Origin: a virus
Taxonomy: Duplodnaviria; Caudoviricetes
Reading direction: 5' to 3' (one strand)
DNA length: 64,000 bases
Virus record (IMG/VR): IMGVR_UViG_3300028886_000028
Coordinates: 160,001-224,000 of that record
Shown: positions 9,539 through 19,942 of the stretch, piece by piece
Position numbering within the stretch: the first letter of the stretch is position 1
Layout of the letters: every line of letters begins with the position of its first letter
Notes under the pieces: model-generated
What the model was told of the DNA's origin: nothing
The model's database searches: none
The model's input: the letters and a program-made list of their open reading frames with translations, nothing else
Made by a program: the position numbers and the translations under genes

Positions 9539-10318
9539 TTAAATGTATGTTATTCTATGAACTTTTTTATCCCAATACTCAACATCATATTCAATTTTAG
9601 TCGGAGTTGTTTCATTTCCATCAGTTGATATTGAAGATGAAATTGAATCAACTTTCATTTCAAGTTCTCCGTATTTTTTTTTGTTTAAATACCCAAGACA
9701 AGCAACATAACTATCACTAGCATCGAAGTTTTCTTTCCTAAGTTCTCCTTTTTTGTCATAGACCCATTCAATATCAGGAAATAATTTTGCCACTTTATCT
9801 TGCATGACAGTTTTTTTATCGACCTCCCAACTATAGCTTCCAAATAATACAAATTTGCTATTTGTTATTTCGTTCATAATTTTTTTATATTCGTATTGTT
9901 TTCCGTCTTTTCCATATTTTCTTATTGCCATAAGTTCTGGGAAGGAGTATTTTCTTGCATCATAACTTGAAATATATTCTGGTACAATTCCTAATACATT
10001 ATAAATGCAATCAGAAATCATGCCGTTAAATCTAAGTAAAGTGCCGCAGGTATTGATATTGTTTGAGCGCAAAAGAGGCTCTTCAATTACTGCTTCATCT
10101 ATACCTATTCCTTTAAATTTCTCTATGAATTTTTCAAAAATTTGTTTTTTTAGAAATAATTGTTCTATTCCTTTTATTTTTGAAGAGACTTTTGGGCTTA
10201 TGTGAGTTAATTCAATTATTTTTCCATAATCTGAACCATCATCAAGAAGTAACGTTATGCCAATTGTTTGCGTTGATACGTCGCACCCTAGTATAATTTT
10301 ATTTCCGTTTTTATCCAT
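9539..10318 (-). CDS. RuvC-like Holliday junction resolvase
   Basis: RNase H-fold acidic motifs ILGCDVST, IEEP and DASDS. Confidence 0.7.
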   Translation of the reverse strand: MDKNGNKIILGCDVSTQTIGITLLLDDGSDYGKIIELTHISPKVSSKIKGIEQLFLKKQIFEKFIEKFKGIGIDEAVIEEPLLRSNNINTCGTLLRFNGMISDCIYNVLGIVPEYISSYDARKYSFPELMAIRKYGKDGKQYEYKKIMNEITNSKFVLFGSYSWEVDKKTVMQDKVAKLFPDIEWVYDKKGELRKENFDASDSYVACLGYLNKKKYGELEMKVDSISSSISTDGNETTPTKIEYDVEYWDKKVHRITYI

Positions 10319-10465
10319 GTATATTATATATTATTAATATTATTAACCGGAATATATACCGGATTTTTTTAAAAAATATATAATTTTAAATATTTTTAAA
10401 CATTAATTTAAAAAAATTACTTTTTTACATATTTTTTTTGTATATTTGTAAAAATAATATATATT

Positions 10466-10825
10466 ATGTTTATAACCATACCTAGAGTATTAGAGAATGA
10501 TATAATGAATTTTGTTAGGTTAAACAATGTGGAAGATGTAAACAGTTTTCTTGCAAGTTGTTTACGTGATGGGTTTAATATAGCAAAATATGGTTATTCA
10601 CCACAAGATAATTTCAATAAAGAAAATAAACCATTTAAAATAGAAGAATATGGAACAGAAGAAAAAGTTGACATTGAAGGATTGGAGAAAAAAGAAACAA
10701 AGAAAAGAGGAAGGCCAAAAAAGCAGCAATCAACAGAGGAAGAAAATGTCAAATCAGTTGAAGAAAGAAAAGAAGAGCAGCAGCCAATAAAACCGAAGAA
10801 AACAATTAGAATAATTAAGAAATAA
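10466..10825 (+). CDS. Hypothetical protein with AT-hook-like KKRGRPKK
   Basis: ORF behind a TAnnTTTG promoter. Confidence 0.65.
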   Translation: MFITIPRVLENDIMNFVRLNNVEDVNSFLASCLRDGFNIAKYGYSPQDNFNKENKPFKIEEYGTEEKVDIEGLEKKETKKRGRPKKQQSTEEENVKSVEERKEEQQPIKPKKTIRIIKK

Positions 10826-10827
10826 TT

Positions 10828-13206
10828 ATGCTTAATATAAAAAATAATTCGAGAATAACTTTCCACTGGAAAGTATCTCCTTATGATTATTCAAAAGATA
10901 AAGTTAATAGTATTATTTCAAAAGCAAGTAAAAAATATGGCATACCAAAAGAGCATATAAGGGTTATTCCTGATTTTACCCTCGCTGATGAAAGTGGGTC
11001 AGAAATATCAATTAATAAAGATATTATACAAAATATTCAAGACCCAAATTTTCAAGTTAAATTATTTAAAGATTATCTCAAAATTAACAATATTGATAAT
11101 TGTGATTTTGATTTGATAAAAAAAATTGATTCAGAAATAAATGCAAAAATTGATTACCAAGTTTACGATAAATATAGGAAATATTCTATCAAGTGGATAC
11201 GATGGGATAATTTTCTGTCATATGGAACCGGCAACTATTTTGACTTTACAAATCTTAAAGACATTGTTCTATTAAGTGGAAAGCCAAGCAACCAAAGTGG
11301 TAAAACTACATTTGCTATTGATTTGCTACATTTCCTATTGTTTGGCAAAACAGAAAAAGCAGAGGTTCAAAGCAAAATTTTCAATAAACACATTCCGGAA
11401 GCAACAAATGTTATTGTTGAAGGATGTATAAATATTGATGGGGAAGATTACATAATTAAAAGAACTCTTTCAAGGCCTTCTTTAGATAAAAGAACTGAGA
11501 AAAGCAAAGTTACGCAAAAAGTAGAATACTATAAAATAGTAGGCGGTAATAAAGAAGAATTAGAAGAATATATAGACAATCAGCAGGAAGAAAACACAGC
11601 GAAAACAAATAAAGTAATAAAAGAAGCTTTAGGAAGAGAAAGTGATTTTGACCTTATAATGTCTATTACAGAGTCTAATCTTGATGCTTTAATAGGTATG
11701 AAAGAAACCGAAAGAGGCAGAATATTATCACGTTGGATAGGACTTTTGCCTATTGAGGAAAAAGATTCATTCGCTAGGGAAAAATATAATACAGAAATAA
11801 AACCTTATTTGCTATCTAACAGATATAATAGCGAAGCGTTAAAACAAGAAAAAACTGCTTATGAAATTAAAATAAAGTCCAATCAACAAGTCATAGAGGA
11901 AATAAACAAGTCAAATGCTGTTTTGGAAAAGGAAATTGAAAATCTTGAAAAAAATAAAAATGCACTTATTCAATCAAAACAAACAATAGATGAAACTTTA
12001 TTAAAAGTAGATATTTCAACTCTTAATGCAAAAATAGAAAGACTTACAAATGATGGCATTAAGAAAAAATATGAATTAGAAAAAGGAGAAAAGAGGATAA
12101 AAGAAATAGGCGATGTAGATTTTTCTGTTGAAAAATATGACAATGCAATCCAAGAGCTTTCAAATCTTAAAGAGAAAAGAGGAAGTTTACTGGCAATGCA
12201 CAATAATATAAAGCATAATTTAGAACATCTTAAAAGTAGTGAAATATGCCCGGTGTGTCATAGGAAACTTGACAATGTTGATAATAGTAAGCAAATAAAA
12301 GAAACTGAAAAAGAACTTTTGAATATTGTTGAAGAAGGCAAAAAAGTTTCAGAGAATATTTCTAAAGTTGAAAAATTAATAGTTTCAATGAAAGAAAACA
12401 GAGAACTTTATACAGAAAGGTCTAAACTTTCAATGTCAAATGCTGCTCTTGAGGTCTCAATGTCAAAATTAAGGGAAGAGTTAAGAGAATCAAGAAACGT
12501 CTTAAAAGAATATAATAAAAACAGTACAGCTATTGATAATAACAATAAATTAGATATTCAAATAAACAATAATGAAATTCATTTGAAGAATAAAAGAAAC
12601 CAGAAAGAAGTGAATTTAAAAAACATTCTTAATAAAGAAAACGAAATAAACAATTTCAAAAAAGACATTTCTGATAGGGTTGAGATTTTATCTAAAATGG
12701 ATGAAGAAGAAAAGTTGATAAGAAATTGGAAGATTTATCTTGAAATGGTAGGTAAAAACGGAATTTCAAAAATGGTATTTAGAAAAACGTTGCCTATTAT
12801 AAATGCTAAATTATCACACTTATTGAGTGATGTGTGTGATTTTGATGTTGAGGTTGGAATAAATGTTAAAAATGATGTCATGTTCTATTTGATTAAAGAT
12901 GGAGTGAAATCTGATTTGTCAAGTGGAAGTGGCTTTGAAAAAACAGCAGCATCTTTGGCATTAAGAACAGTTCTCGCAGAATTATCAACAATACCGAGAA
13001 ATTCATTTTTATTGTGTGATGAAATAACAGGTAGAGTTTCTGAAGAAAATTTGGAAAATATACATAATTTGCTTAATAAAATGTTAAAAAATTATGACCA
13101 TATATTTATAATATCACATTTAGACCAAATTAAATCATGGGCATCCAGCAATGTTATTGTTGAAAAAACAGATAATATAAGTAAAATTACTCTTATTAAA
13201 AAATAA
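10828..13206 (+). CDS. SbcC/Rad50/T4 gp46-like recombination ATPase
   Basis: Walker A G..NQSGKTT, coiled coil with CPVC zinc hook, signature SGSGFEK, Walker B LLCDE, H-loop ISH. Confidence 0.92.
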   Translation: MLNIKNNSRITFHWKVSPYDYSKDKVNSIISKASKKYGIPKEHIRVIPDFTLADESGSEISINKDIIQNIQDPNFQVKLFKDYLKINNIDNCDFDLIKKIDSEINAKIDYQVYDKYRKYSIKWIRWDNFLSYGTGNYFDFTNLKDIVLLSGKPSNQSGKTTFAIDLLHFLLFGKTEKAEVQSKIFNKHIPEATNVIVEGCINIDGEDYIIKRTLSRPSLDKRTEKSKVTQKVEYYKIVGGNKEELEEYIDNQQEENTAKTNKVIKEALGRESDFDLIMSITESNLDALIGMKETERGRILSRWIGLLPIEEKDSFAREKYNTEIKPYLLSNRYNSEALKQEKTAYEIKIKSNQQVIEEINKSNAVLEKEIENLEKNKNALIQSKQTIDETLLKVDISTLNAKIERLTNDGIKKKYELEKGEKRIKEIGDVDFSVEKYDNAIQELSNLKEKRGSLLAMHNNIKHNLEHLKSSEICPVCHRKLDNVDNSKQIKETEKELLNIVEEGKKVSENISKVEKLIVSMKENRELYTERSKLSMSNAALEVSMSKLREELRESRNVLKEYNKNSTAIDNNNKLDIQINNNEIHLKNKRNQKEVNLKNILNKENEINNFKKDISDRVEILSKMDEEEKLIRNWKIYLEMVGKNGISKMVFRKTLPIINAKLSHLLSDVCDFDVEVGINVKNDVMFYLIKDGVKSDLSSGSGFEKTAASLALRTVLAELSTIPRNSFLLCDEITGRVSEENLENIHNLLNKMLKNYDHIFIISHLDQIKSWASSNVIVEKTDNISKITLIKK

Positions 13207-13232
13207 TTTTTTAGAAAAAATGTTTAATTTTA

Positions 13233-13961
13233 ATGGCAAATCAATATGTTAATGATTTTAGCACCACCGTTAAAACGTATTATGACGAGTTAAAACGATA
13301 TAAACCAATATCTAGAAATAAAGAAAGAGAATTAATTTTAAGGGCAAAAATTGGTGATATTGAAGCACAAAATGAAATTCTCACATCAAATTTAAGATTT
13401 GTATTTAATGTTGCTAGTAGATATAAAGGTAATGGGGCATCAATGTCTGATTTAATATCAGAAGGAAATTTAGGACTAATTAAGGCAATACAAAAATTCG
13501 ACCCAAACAAAAATGTTAAGTTTATTTCTTATGCTGTGTGGTGGATAAGAAATGCAATGCAAGAATTTATTAAAAAAAGGCAAACATGCTTGAATATTGA
13601 AAAGGACGAAGAAGAATTAAATAGACCAGTAATGGTAACGAGCTTTCATTTTGATGAAGAAGATGAACGTGTAGTTAAGAAAGAAGTAGTTATGTCTAAT
13701 GAGGAAGAAGAAGAAAAAAGAGAAATACAAAAAAAACAAGGCATAATTATTAATAAAATCCTTTCAATTCTCTCTGATAGAGAAAGATATATAGTGGAAG
13801 ATTATTACGGCATTGATGGAAAAAAAGAAAAAAATCTTGAAGAAATAGGAAAAGTATTAGGTATAACAAAAGAACGTGTTAGACAAATTAAACAGGTGTC
13901 TTTAAATAAATTGCGTTCAGAAATATTACTTATCGAAGGAGCAGATTTTATTTTTAAATAA
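13233..13961 (+). CDS. RNA polymerase sigma-70 family factor (RpoD/RpoH-like, regions 1.2-4)
   Basis: NLRFV, DLISEGNLGLIKA..KFDP, KFISYAVWWIR, LEEIG...ITKERVRQI. Confidence 0.95.
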   Translation: MANQYVNDFSTTVKTYYDELKRYKPISRNKERELILRAKIGDIEAQNEILTSNLRFVFNVASRYKGNGASMSDLISEGNLGLIKAIQKFDPNKNVKFISYAVWWIRNAMQEFIKKRQTCLNIEKDEEELNRPVMVTSFHFDEEDERVVKKEVVMSNEEEEEKREIQKKQGIIINKILSILSDRERYIVEDYYGIDGKKEKNLEEIGKVLGITKERVRQIKQVSLNKLRSEILLIEGADFIFK

Positions 13962-13985
13962 TATTTATTATAAAATATAATTATA

Positions 13986-14291
13986 ATGGCAGCAAAAAAA
14001 GAAACATCAAAGAAAAAAGATACTACTAAAAAACAAACAGTAAAAAAAATTACTAAAATGGTAGAAGAACCGATAAATCAAGTTATTGAAGAAAAAGATG
14101 ATGTAAAACAAAATGAAGAAATACCTACTGCTGATGTTGCAATAGATGAAGCAATTGCTAATACAATTGAAGAAGTTGTTGAAGCACCGGCTAAAGAAGT
14201 AGAAAAGGTTGAGAAAGGCGTTAAAAAAATAATTAAAAAGCTTAACCATAGTTTTGGTTATCTTTGGAATGGACAAATGATAGATTATTAA
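13986..14291 (+). CDS. Hypothetical protein
   Basis: K/E-rich ORF. Confidence 0.6.
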   Translation: MAAKKETSKKKDTTKKQTVKKITKMVEEPINQVIEEKDDVKQNEEIPTADVAIDEAIANTIEEVVEAPAKEVEKVEKGVKKIIKKLNHSFGYLWNGQMIDY

Positions 14292-14293
14292 AT

Positions 14294-14875
14294 ATGGGAA
14301 CAGATTTTACTAAGAAAATGCTTAAAACCATTAGGGAAGGAGTTGAAAAAACAAGAAAACAAACGGTCAATCCATTAATAGTTGAAACTACTATTGCTGA
14401 AGAAGACAATTTTTTGACACGTTCAAAAATATTAATGGAAGAAGCCGAGAAAAAAAATCAAAAAAAAAACTTAAATGAGGAAAAAGATTTTAATGATGAT
14501 AAACATGATAAATCTTTCCCTATAACGAAAAAAACTCCACAATTTGGTGACGTAAGAACATCACAAGAAGAATCAGTCTTGAAAACAATAGGAGAACAAG
14601 TAAAGTTTAATGATGATTCTTTATTATACTACCCGGACGCTGATGACCTTGTGCTTAATGGGGAAATCCCATCAATGAACACAACGTTTCAATTTAGATA
14701 TAATGACCCTTCAGGAGAAGGACTATACGTATGGTCTGAAGGACTACAATTAACCGATTCAAATTCAAGAACACTTGGAAAAATCAGGGATGCATATTTA
14801 AATTGGAAACAAACATTAGTAACTGATGGCGATTTGCTCGATAAGTTAAAGAAAGTTTCAGAAAGAAACAATTAA
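14294..14875 (+). CDS. Hypothetical protein (possible head protein)
   Basis: ORF with IRE/LNE-type motifs in the N-terminal part. Confidence 0.6.
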   Translation: MGTDFTKKMLKTIREGVEKTRKQTVNPLIVETTIAEEDNFLTRSKILMEEAEKKNQKKNLNEEKDFNDDKHDKSFPITKKTPQFGDVRTSQEESVLKTIGEQVKFNDDSLLYYPDADDLVLNGEIPSMNTTFQFRYNDPSGEGLYVWSEGLQLTDSNSRTLGKIRDAYLNWKQTLVTDGDLLDKLKKVSERNN

Positions 14876-14878
14876 GTA

Positions 14879-14897
14879 GGGAATTATATACCTGTTT
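14879..14897 (+). repeat. ~20-bp cassette-end site, forward orientation (GGGAATTATATACCTGTTT)
   Basis: Lies about 110 nt upstream of the anchor-peptide gene at 14991. Confidence 0.7.
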
Positions 14898-14990
14898 ACA
14901 ATAAACTATAGAATGCAGTCAGAAATGGCTGCATTTTTTGTTGCCTTAGATATTTATATAAAAAAATTAGATTTTAAAAAAGTAATAGCT

Positions 14991-16028
14991 ATGAAAAATT
15001 TTAAATTATTTAGTGCTCATACTGATTATGAGGCAGCTCAGAGCAGTTTAATACTACCAAATGTATCATTTTGTCTTGATACGCCAAATGAGGTACATTA
15101 TAATCCATTTGAGTGGTGTGAAGAAACTAGTATATATGAAGTAATAGGTAGTCCTTCATATCCATCTACAATAAATGGTGATATAACATCATTTGATATT
15201 GCAATTAGTTATAGAAGGACTGATACAAGTAGCTCTTGTACTGAAACTGTGACTGAAGGCACAGATACTGTTACCATTGAATGTGGTCAGAATCCAAGCA
15301 CAAGTGATACAAGGACTGTAAGTGGTACAGTTGATTATCATGGTAACGAGATTGAATATAGTGTTACTCAAAATAAGCTTAGTAATAATTCAGCAATTAC
15401 ATATTACGCAGAAAGTAAATTACTTGAGACAACTGATAGTAAATCAGATGGATTACGTACAAATGCGTTTAATGTATCAATTAAAAGCCATACATTCAGT
15501 AACGGTATAGGAACAATAACATTTAGTGGAACTTTAGGAACTATAGGTAGTTATGCTTTCCAAGGTTGTACTGGTCTTACAAGTATAGTTATACCAGATA
15601 GTGTAACAACTATTGGTTATGATGCTTTCAATAGATGTAGAAGCCTTACAAGTATAAATATACCTGATAGCGTTACAAGTATTGGTGACAATGCTTTCTA
15701 TAAATGTAGCGGCCTTACGAATATAGTTATACCTGATAGTGTTACAAGTATTGGTAGTAATGCTTTCGATAGTTGTTCTAATATGACAAGCTGTACAATA
15801 GGTAGTGGCGTAACAAGTATTAGTAATTATGCTTTCTATAATTGTAGTGGTCTTACAAGTATAACATGTAATGCAATGACAGCACCAACAGTAACATCAA
15901 ATTCATTTTACGGCGTCAAAAACGGTGGTACATTATATGTTCCTATAGGTAGCAGCGGTTATGACACTTGGATGGGAACAGGAAGTTATTACTTAGGAAG
16001 TATTAATTGGACTAAGGTAGAACAATAA
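14991..16028 (+). CDS. Anchor-peptide + one PSYP module + BspA LRR protein
   Basis: MKNFKLFSAHTDYEAAQSSLILPNVSFC...VHYNPF; module shared with 5851; about 5 LRRs; WTKVEQ cap. Confidence 0.88.
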   Translation: MKNFKLFSAHTDYEAAQSSLILPNVSFCLDTPNEVHYNPFEWCEETSIYEVIGSPSYPSTINGDITSFDIAISYRRTDTSSSCTETVTEGTDTVTIECGQNPSTSDTRTVSGTVDYHGNEIEYSVTQNKLSNNSAITYYAESKLLETTDSKSDGLRTNAFNVSIKSHTFSNGIGTITFSGTLGTIGSYAFQGCTGLTSIVIPDSVTTIGYDAFNRCRSLTSINIPDSVTSIGDNAFYKCSGLTNIVIPDSVTSIGSNAFDSCSNMTSCTIGSGVTSISNYAFYNCSGLTSITCNAMTAPTVTSNSFYGVKNGGTLYVPIGSSGYDTWMGTGSYYLGSINWTKVEQ

Positions 16029-16114
16029 TAAGCAATAAAAAGAAATAAATGTTTAACCCCTTTTTAAAAGGGGTTTTTTTGTGTTTTAAAGATATTTATA
16101 TAAAAATATTGTAT

Positions 16115-16330
16115 ATGAATGAAAACGAGAAGAAATTACAACAAATAATAAGTGAGGAACTTAGTAAATCTGATGTCAATTCTATGATTAGTAATAAGTT
16201 AAATTCTGCTTTATCTTCTCGTGAATTTAAACAGAAGGTTAAAGAATTAAGTTCTGAGGTTGTAAGTGAATTATTTAAAATATTATGGCAGAGAAATAAT
16301 TTCTGGAAATCAAGTGTATCAAGAGCATAA
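16115..16330 (+). CDS. Small hypothetical (virion-type) protein
   Basis: ORF behind the late-type motif; IISEEL leader. Confidence 0.6.
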   Translation: MNENEKKLQQIISEELSKSDVNSMISNKLNSALSSREFKQKVKELSSEVVSELFKILWQRNNFWKSSVSRA

Positions 16331-17157
16331 TGAAAATATATATAAATGAAAATAAATTGGTTCTTATAAAAGAAAGTGAGGATGAAAACGTTACATTTTT
16401 CAAATTTTTCACTGAGGTTAAGAATTTTATAAAGGATTTGCTTGATGACCCAATAGGCGCTAAACCAAGTGATTTTTTTGAAAAACATGGTATAAGCAAG
16501 AAAAGCCTTTTGAATAAAATGATGGATAAAGACATCATTACTAAAAAAGAAAATATTGATGAGCCTAATGATGCAGATGGAAAAATGAAGTCGAGGCATT
16601 ATTTACAATACAAAGTGCCAAGAAAAAATTTTGAGCAAAAAATAAAAAGGCTTTATAGTTACTATTTTGAAAACGAAAAGAGAAAAGAAAAAATAGACGA
16701 ATCCTTTGATAATATAGTAAGGCCTCAAAAATATGATTCTGTTGCAGTATATATATTTTGCAAAGATAATAAAGGTATTACATATGTATTAGGAGGAAAA
16801 AGGAGAGGAAGCAATAATGGAGGGTTATATAATGTTCCAACAGGGCAAGTTGGAGATAAAATATTCGATGAAACAGTAGAAGATGCTGCTGTAAGAGAAG
16901 TAAGAGAAGAAAGTGGATTATTTATTGACAAATCGTTATTAAACGATATTGGCGATGAAGAATATTCTAGCCGTTATGGAATTTGCCTTGGTAAGAATTA
17001 TATGGTAGTTTTAAATGGTACTATAGATAATAATAAACCTTCAAAAGGTGATGGTGAAAATGAACCATTCCAGTGGATTCCAATAGAAGCAGTTGGTTGC
17101 ATTGGATGGGCATTTGGGCAAGATAAAAATATATATAATATAATAAATTCATTATGA
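16330..17157 (+). CDS. NUDIX hydrolase with N-terminal extension
   Basis: Nudix box G...ETVEDAAVREVREESGL. Confidence 0.85.
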   Translation: MKIYINENKLVLIKESEDENVTFFKFFTEVKNFIKDLLDDPIGAKPSDFFEKHGISKKSLLNKMMDKDIITKKENIDEPNDADGKMKSRHYLQYKVPRKNFEQKIKRLYSYYFENEKRKEKIDESFDNIVRPQKYDSVAVYIFCKDNKGITYVLGGKRRGSNNGGLYNVPTGQVGDKIFDETVEDAAVREVREESGLFIDKSLLNDIGDEEYSSRYGICLGKNYMVVLNGTIDNNKPSKGDGENEPFQWIPIEAVGCIGWAFGQDKNIYNIINSL

Positions 17158-17807
17158 AGCAAATAATTAGATTAACAGAATCAGATTTACATAACATTAT
17201 AAAAAAATCTGTAAACAAAATATTAAAAGAAGCACATGGTGAGCCTGATGAATCTACTGCTTTGATTTATGACGGTATAATAGAAGATTACAAGGCTCAA
17301 GAAATTGCTGATGAACAAGGCATTTCAGAGGAAGAGGCTGCTGCTGAATGGTTTAAGGATGTTGCAGAGGATGGTAATTTCGAGGAAAACAGTATGCCAA
17401 TTCATAGAAAATATGTAATGGATATACCTGAAGCAGGCGCAGAAATGTATTATGATTATGGTGCAGGCTATTATTTTCTCGTTAAGCAAGAACGTATAGA
17501 TATGCCTGGTTTTGAAGGTACTTGGGATGCATTGGATAGTTTAACAAATCCATTTAACGAAAGTGTATTGAGAGAGGAAAATGGTGGTGGAGCTCCAAAT
17601 TGCGCAAGTGTAATGCAAACTGGTAGTGGTAAATCTCCATTGGGAACTAATCCTGAAGCCGGGCAATATACGGTAGCTTTTGGCGCTGATAAAGATACTT
17701 CTGATAGGCATGGAGGTTTTTCAGTTGATGGAAAAGCAAAATGGAATTCAAATCCCGGAAATGTTCAAAGAAGGCAAATTTATAATCCAAAAAGTGGAAA
17801 GAAATAA
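17154..17807 (+). CDS. Putative internal head protein
   Basis: MKQIIRLTESDLHNIIKKSVNKILKE leader. Confidence 0.65.
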   Translation: MKQIIRLTESDLHNIIKKSVNKILKEAHGEPDESTALIYDGIIEDYKAQEIADEQGISEEEAAAEWFKDVAEDGNFEENSMPIHRKYVMDIPEAGAEMYYDYGAGYYFLVKQERIDMPGFEGTWDALDSLTNPFNESVLREENGGGAPNCASVMQTGSGKSPLGTNPEAGQYTVAFGADKDTSDRHGGFSVDGKAKWNSNPGNVQRRQIYNPKSGKK

Positions 17808-17980
17808 TGATAGATTATTATAATGAAAAGGGTTATTTTGACGAAAAAAAAGTCATAAATGCTGTGAAGGAAATAGATGAAAAATTGAAAACTGAAACTG
17901 ATAAAGGAAAAAGAACACAGTTAATGTTTGAACAAATGCTTCGCGGGTTGTATTTAACTCAAGTACAAGAATATTTATAA
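17807..17980 (+). CDS. Small hypothetical protein (57 aa)
   Basis: Coupled TAATG stop/start; read manually. Confidence 0.55.
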   Translation: MIDYYNEKGYFDEKKVINAVKEIDEKLKTETDKGKRTQLMFEQMLRGLYLTQVQEYL

Positions 17981-17982
17981 TT

Positions 17983-18237
17983 ATGAAAATATCTGAAAAT
18001 AAATTAAAAAAAATAGTAAGAGAATCAATTGATAATGTAATGGATGAATCAGTTGATGAAAATGCTATAATTGATAAAATTGGTGTTGAAGTAGAGCCAT
18101 TGTATAAAACTCTTGTTAAATTGTCTTATATATATGAAGAATATGCTAATAACAATAGTTTTCTAGGCTCTGTTGTTAAAGATGTAATTGAAGCCAAGGA
18201 TAGATTAGAGCATTTAATATACATAGTTAAGCATTAA
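17983..18237 (+). CDS. Putative internal head protein
   Basis: MKISENKLKKIVRESIDNVMDE leader. Confidence 0.6.
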   Translation: MKISENKLKKIVRESIDNVMDESVDENAIIDKIGVEVEPLYKTLVKLSYIYEEYANNNSFLGSVVKDVIEAKDRLEHLIYIVKH

Positions 18238-18263
18238 TTATTTTATATAAAAACAAATCATAT

Positions 18264-19094
18264 ATGAATAGAACGTATAATGTAGGCGAATTGAGAGCAA
18301 TTATCAAGGAAAGAGTAGAGGCAAAAAACGAGTTTGAACCAGTTTTTGGAGAAAATGTACCAAAGGATAATAAAAAAATCAACGACCAGGCCTATAATGA
18401 CATTAAGAAAGAGACTGAAGCGTATGATGGAGGTTTGGGAGCAAAGAATAAAAAGGGAAATGCTGTCACACCTGCTAATAACAGAGGTATGTCTGACCTT
18501 GATTATGATTCAATTTCAAAGCCGTTTAAGGACAGGGTAAAAGCTCAGATTAAAGGTTATCCTTCAGCAGAGAATGAAAAACTTCATAAAGAGGATAAAG
18601 AATTTGGTAATGCTTACTATGATTCAAATGAATTAAGTAAAGATATTGCCGACCATGCTAAAGAAGCCAAAAAAGAAAAAGATAAGAGTAAAACAGATGG
18701 TTTGGTTAGCAGCAAATATAAAGATGAGACAAAAAATAACAGTGACACCATGTTTGAATCAAAGAAAATTAGCAAAATCCAATTTAAGCACACTCAGTTC
18801 CTTTCAGAAGGCCACATGCTTTCAAAAGTGCCTGACGAATTTAAGGTAGAAGGAAAAAGATTTATCATGAAAGATACTGCTGATAATGAGTATCTTGTAG
18901 AATGGACTAATAAACAGCCTAATGTTACGAAAAAGTTAAATAAAACGCTTGTAAACGAAGAAATGAATAGAATTAAAGCTCTTTATGGCTATAAGAGCAA
19001 AGACTATTTCACAACAACTAATTCACAATCAAGAATGAATGAGAATAAAGAGTTTTCTGATATGATTAATAAGGCTAGAAAGTTAATGAAATAA
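18264..19094 (+). CDS. Hypothetical charged protein (possible prohead core/internal protein)
   Basis: IIKE, MFE and LVNEEMNRIKALYGY motifs. Confidence 0.6.
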   Translation: MNRTYNVGELRAIIKERVEAKNEFEPVFGENVPKDNKKINDQAYNDIKKETEAYDGGLGAKNKKGNAVTPANNRGMSDLDYDSISKPFKDRVKAQIKGYPSAENEKLHKEDKEFGNAYYDSNELSKDIADHAKEAKKEKDKSKTDGLVSSKYKDETKNNSDTMFESKKISKIQFKHTQFLSEGHMLSKVPDEFKVEGKRFIMKDTADNEYLVEWTNKQPNVTKKLNKTLVNEEMNRIKALYGYKSKDYFTTTNSQSRMNENKEFSDMINKARKLMK

Positions 19095-19126
19095 TAAACC
19101 CTTATAAAAGTATTTGAAAATTAAAA

Positions 19127-19930
19127 ATGAAAAAGAATAGTGAAATAGGAGGCAATAACATTATAAATGTTAATGTGCCGGCTTCAGATGGTGGTGCAGG
19201 AAAAAAAGGAGTTAATAAATACATAACAGCCTTTAAAGATACATTTGATTTTTTAGCAAGTGCATCTTTTGTATCTGTGGTTAAAGTTATTAGTATATTA
19301 ATTGTTTCTTCATTTATTGTAATATCAAGCGTGATGTGCTATAAAGCAGTCACAAGTGAGGCATTTATTGACGCTTTAGCTAAAAAAGTTACAGAAAAAC
19401 AAGATAAAGAAGAAGTTAAAAATCTTGATTTAAGAGACGATAAAGTTACTCCAAAAATTCAAAAGGAAATAGAAATTCTATGTTATACATTAAGTTCGGA
19501 TAGGGTTTTTATATTTGAAATGCATAACGGTAAAAAGAATTCTAGTGGCTTACCTTTTAGATATGCTGATATGTCATATGAAGAAGTAAATGATGCTAAA
19601 CATGTCGAAAGAATTGCTATGAAGTATCAAAACGTCCCATTGACATTATATAAATTCCCACATTATGTTGCGGAACATGGATATATGTTTGGAACAGTAC
19701 AAGACGTAGCAAAAGTTGATGTTGGTTTTGCAGATGAAATAAAGGATAGTGGAGGAAACTATATTGCTATTATATATATCACATCAAATGGTACGCCTTT
19801 GGGCTTTCTAGGTGTTGCTTTCCATGAAAGGCCATCATTTTCTGATGAATATATAAAAGGAATAATTGAAAGTCATTCAAGAGTTATTACGCCGCTTCTT
19901 GATTTAAGAATGCAAATTTATTGGTCTTAA
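19127..19930 (+). CDS. Single-pass membrane protein with GAF-like C-terminal domain; candidate T4 T-type holin
   Basis: One TM segment followed by DRVFIFEMHNG...PLGFLGVAF (GAF-like); adjacent to a spanin-like gene. Confidence 0.5.
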   Translation: MKKNSEIGGNNIINVNVPASDGGAGKKGVNKYITAFKDTFDFLASASFVSVVKVISILIVSSFIVISSVMCYKAVTSEAFIDALAKKVTEKQDKEEVKNLDLRDDKVTPKIQKEIEILCYTLSSDRVFIFEMHNGKKNSSGLPFRYADMSYEEVNDAKHVERIAMKYQNVPLTLYKFPHYVAEHGYMFGTVQDVAKVDVGFADEIKDSGGNYIAIIYITSNGTPLGFLGVAFHERPSFSDEYIKGIIESHSRVITPLLDLRMQIYWS

Positions 19931-19942
19931 AATATTAGTATT

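Noticed and set aside
10345-10365. CCGGAATATATACCGG as another cassette-end site
   Set aside because: Only a partial match, lacking the CTGTTGG half, and no anchor gene is adjacent.
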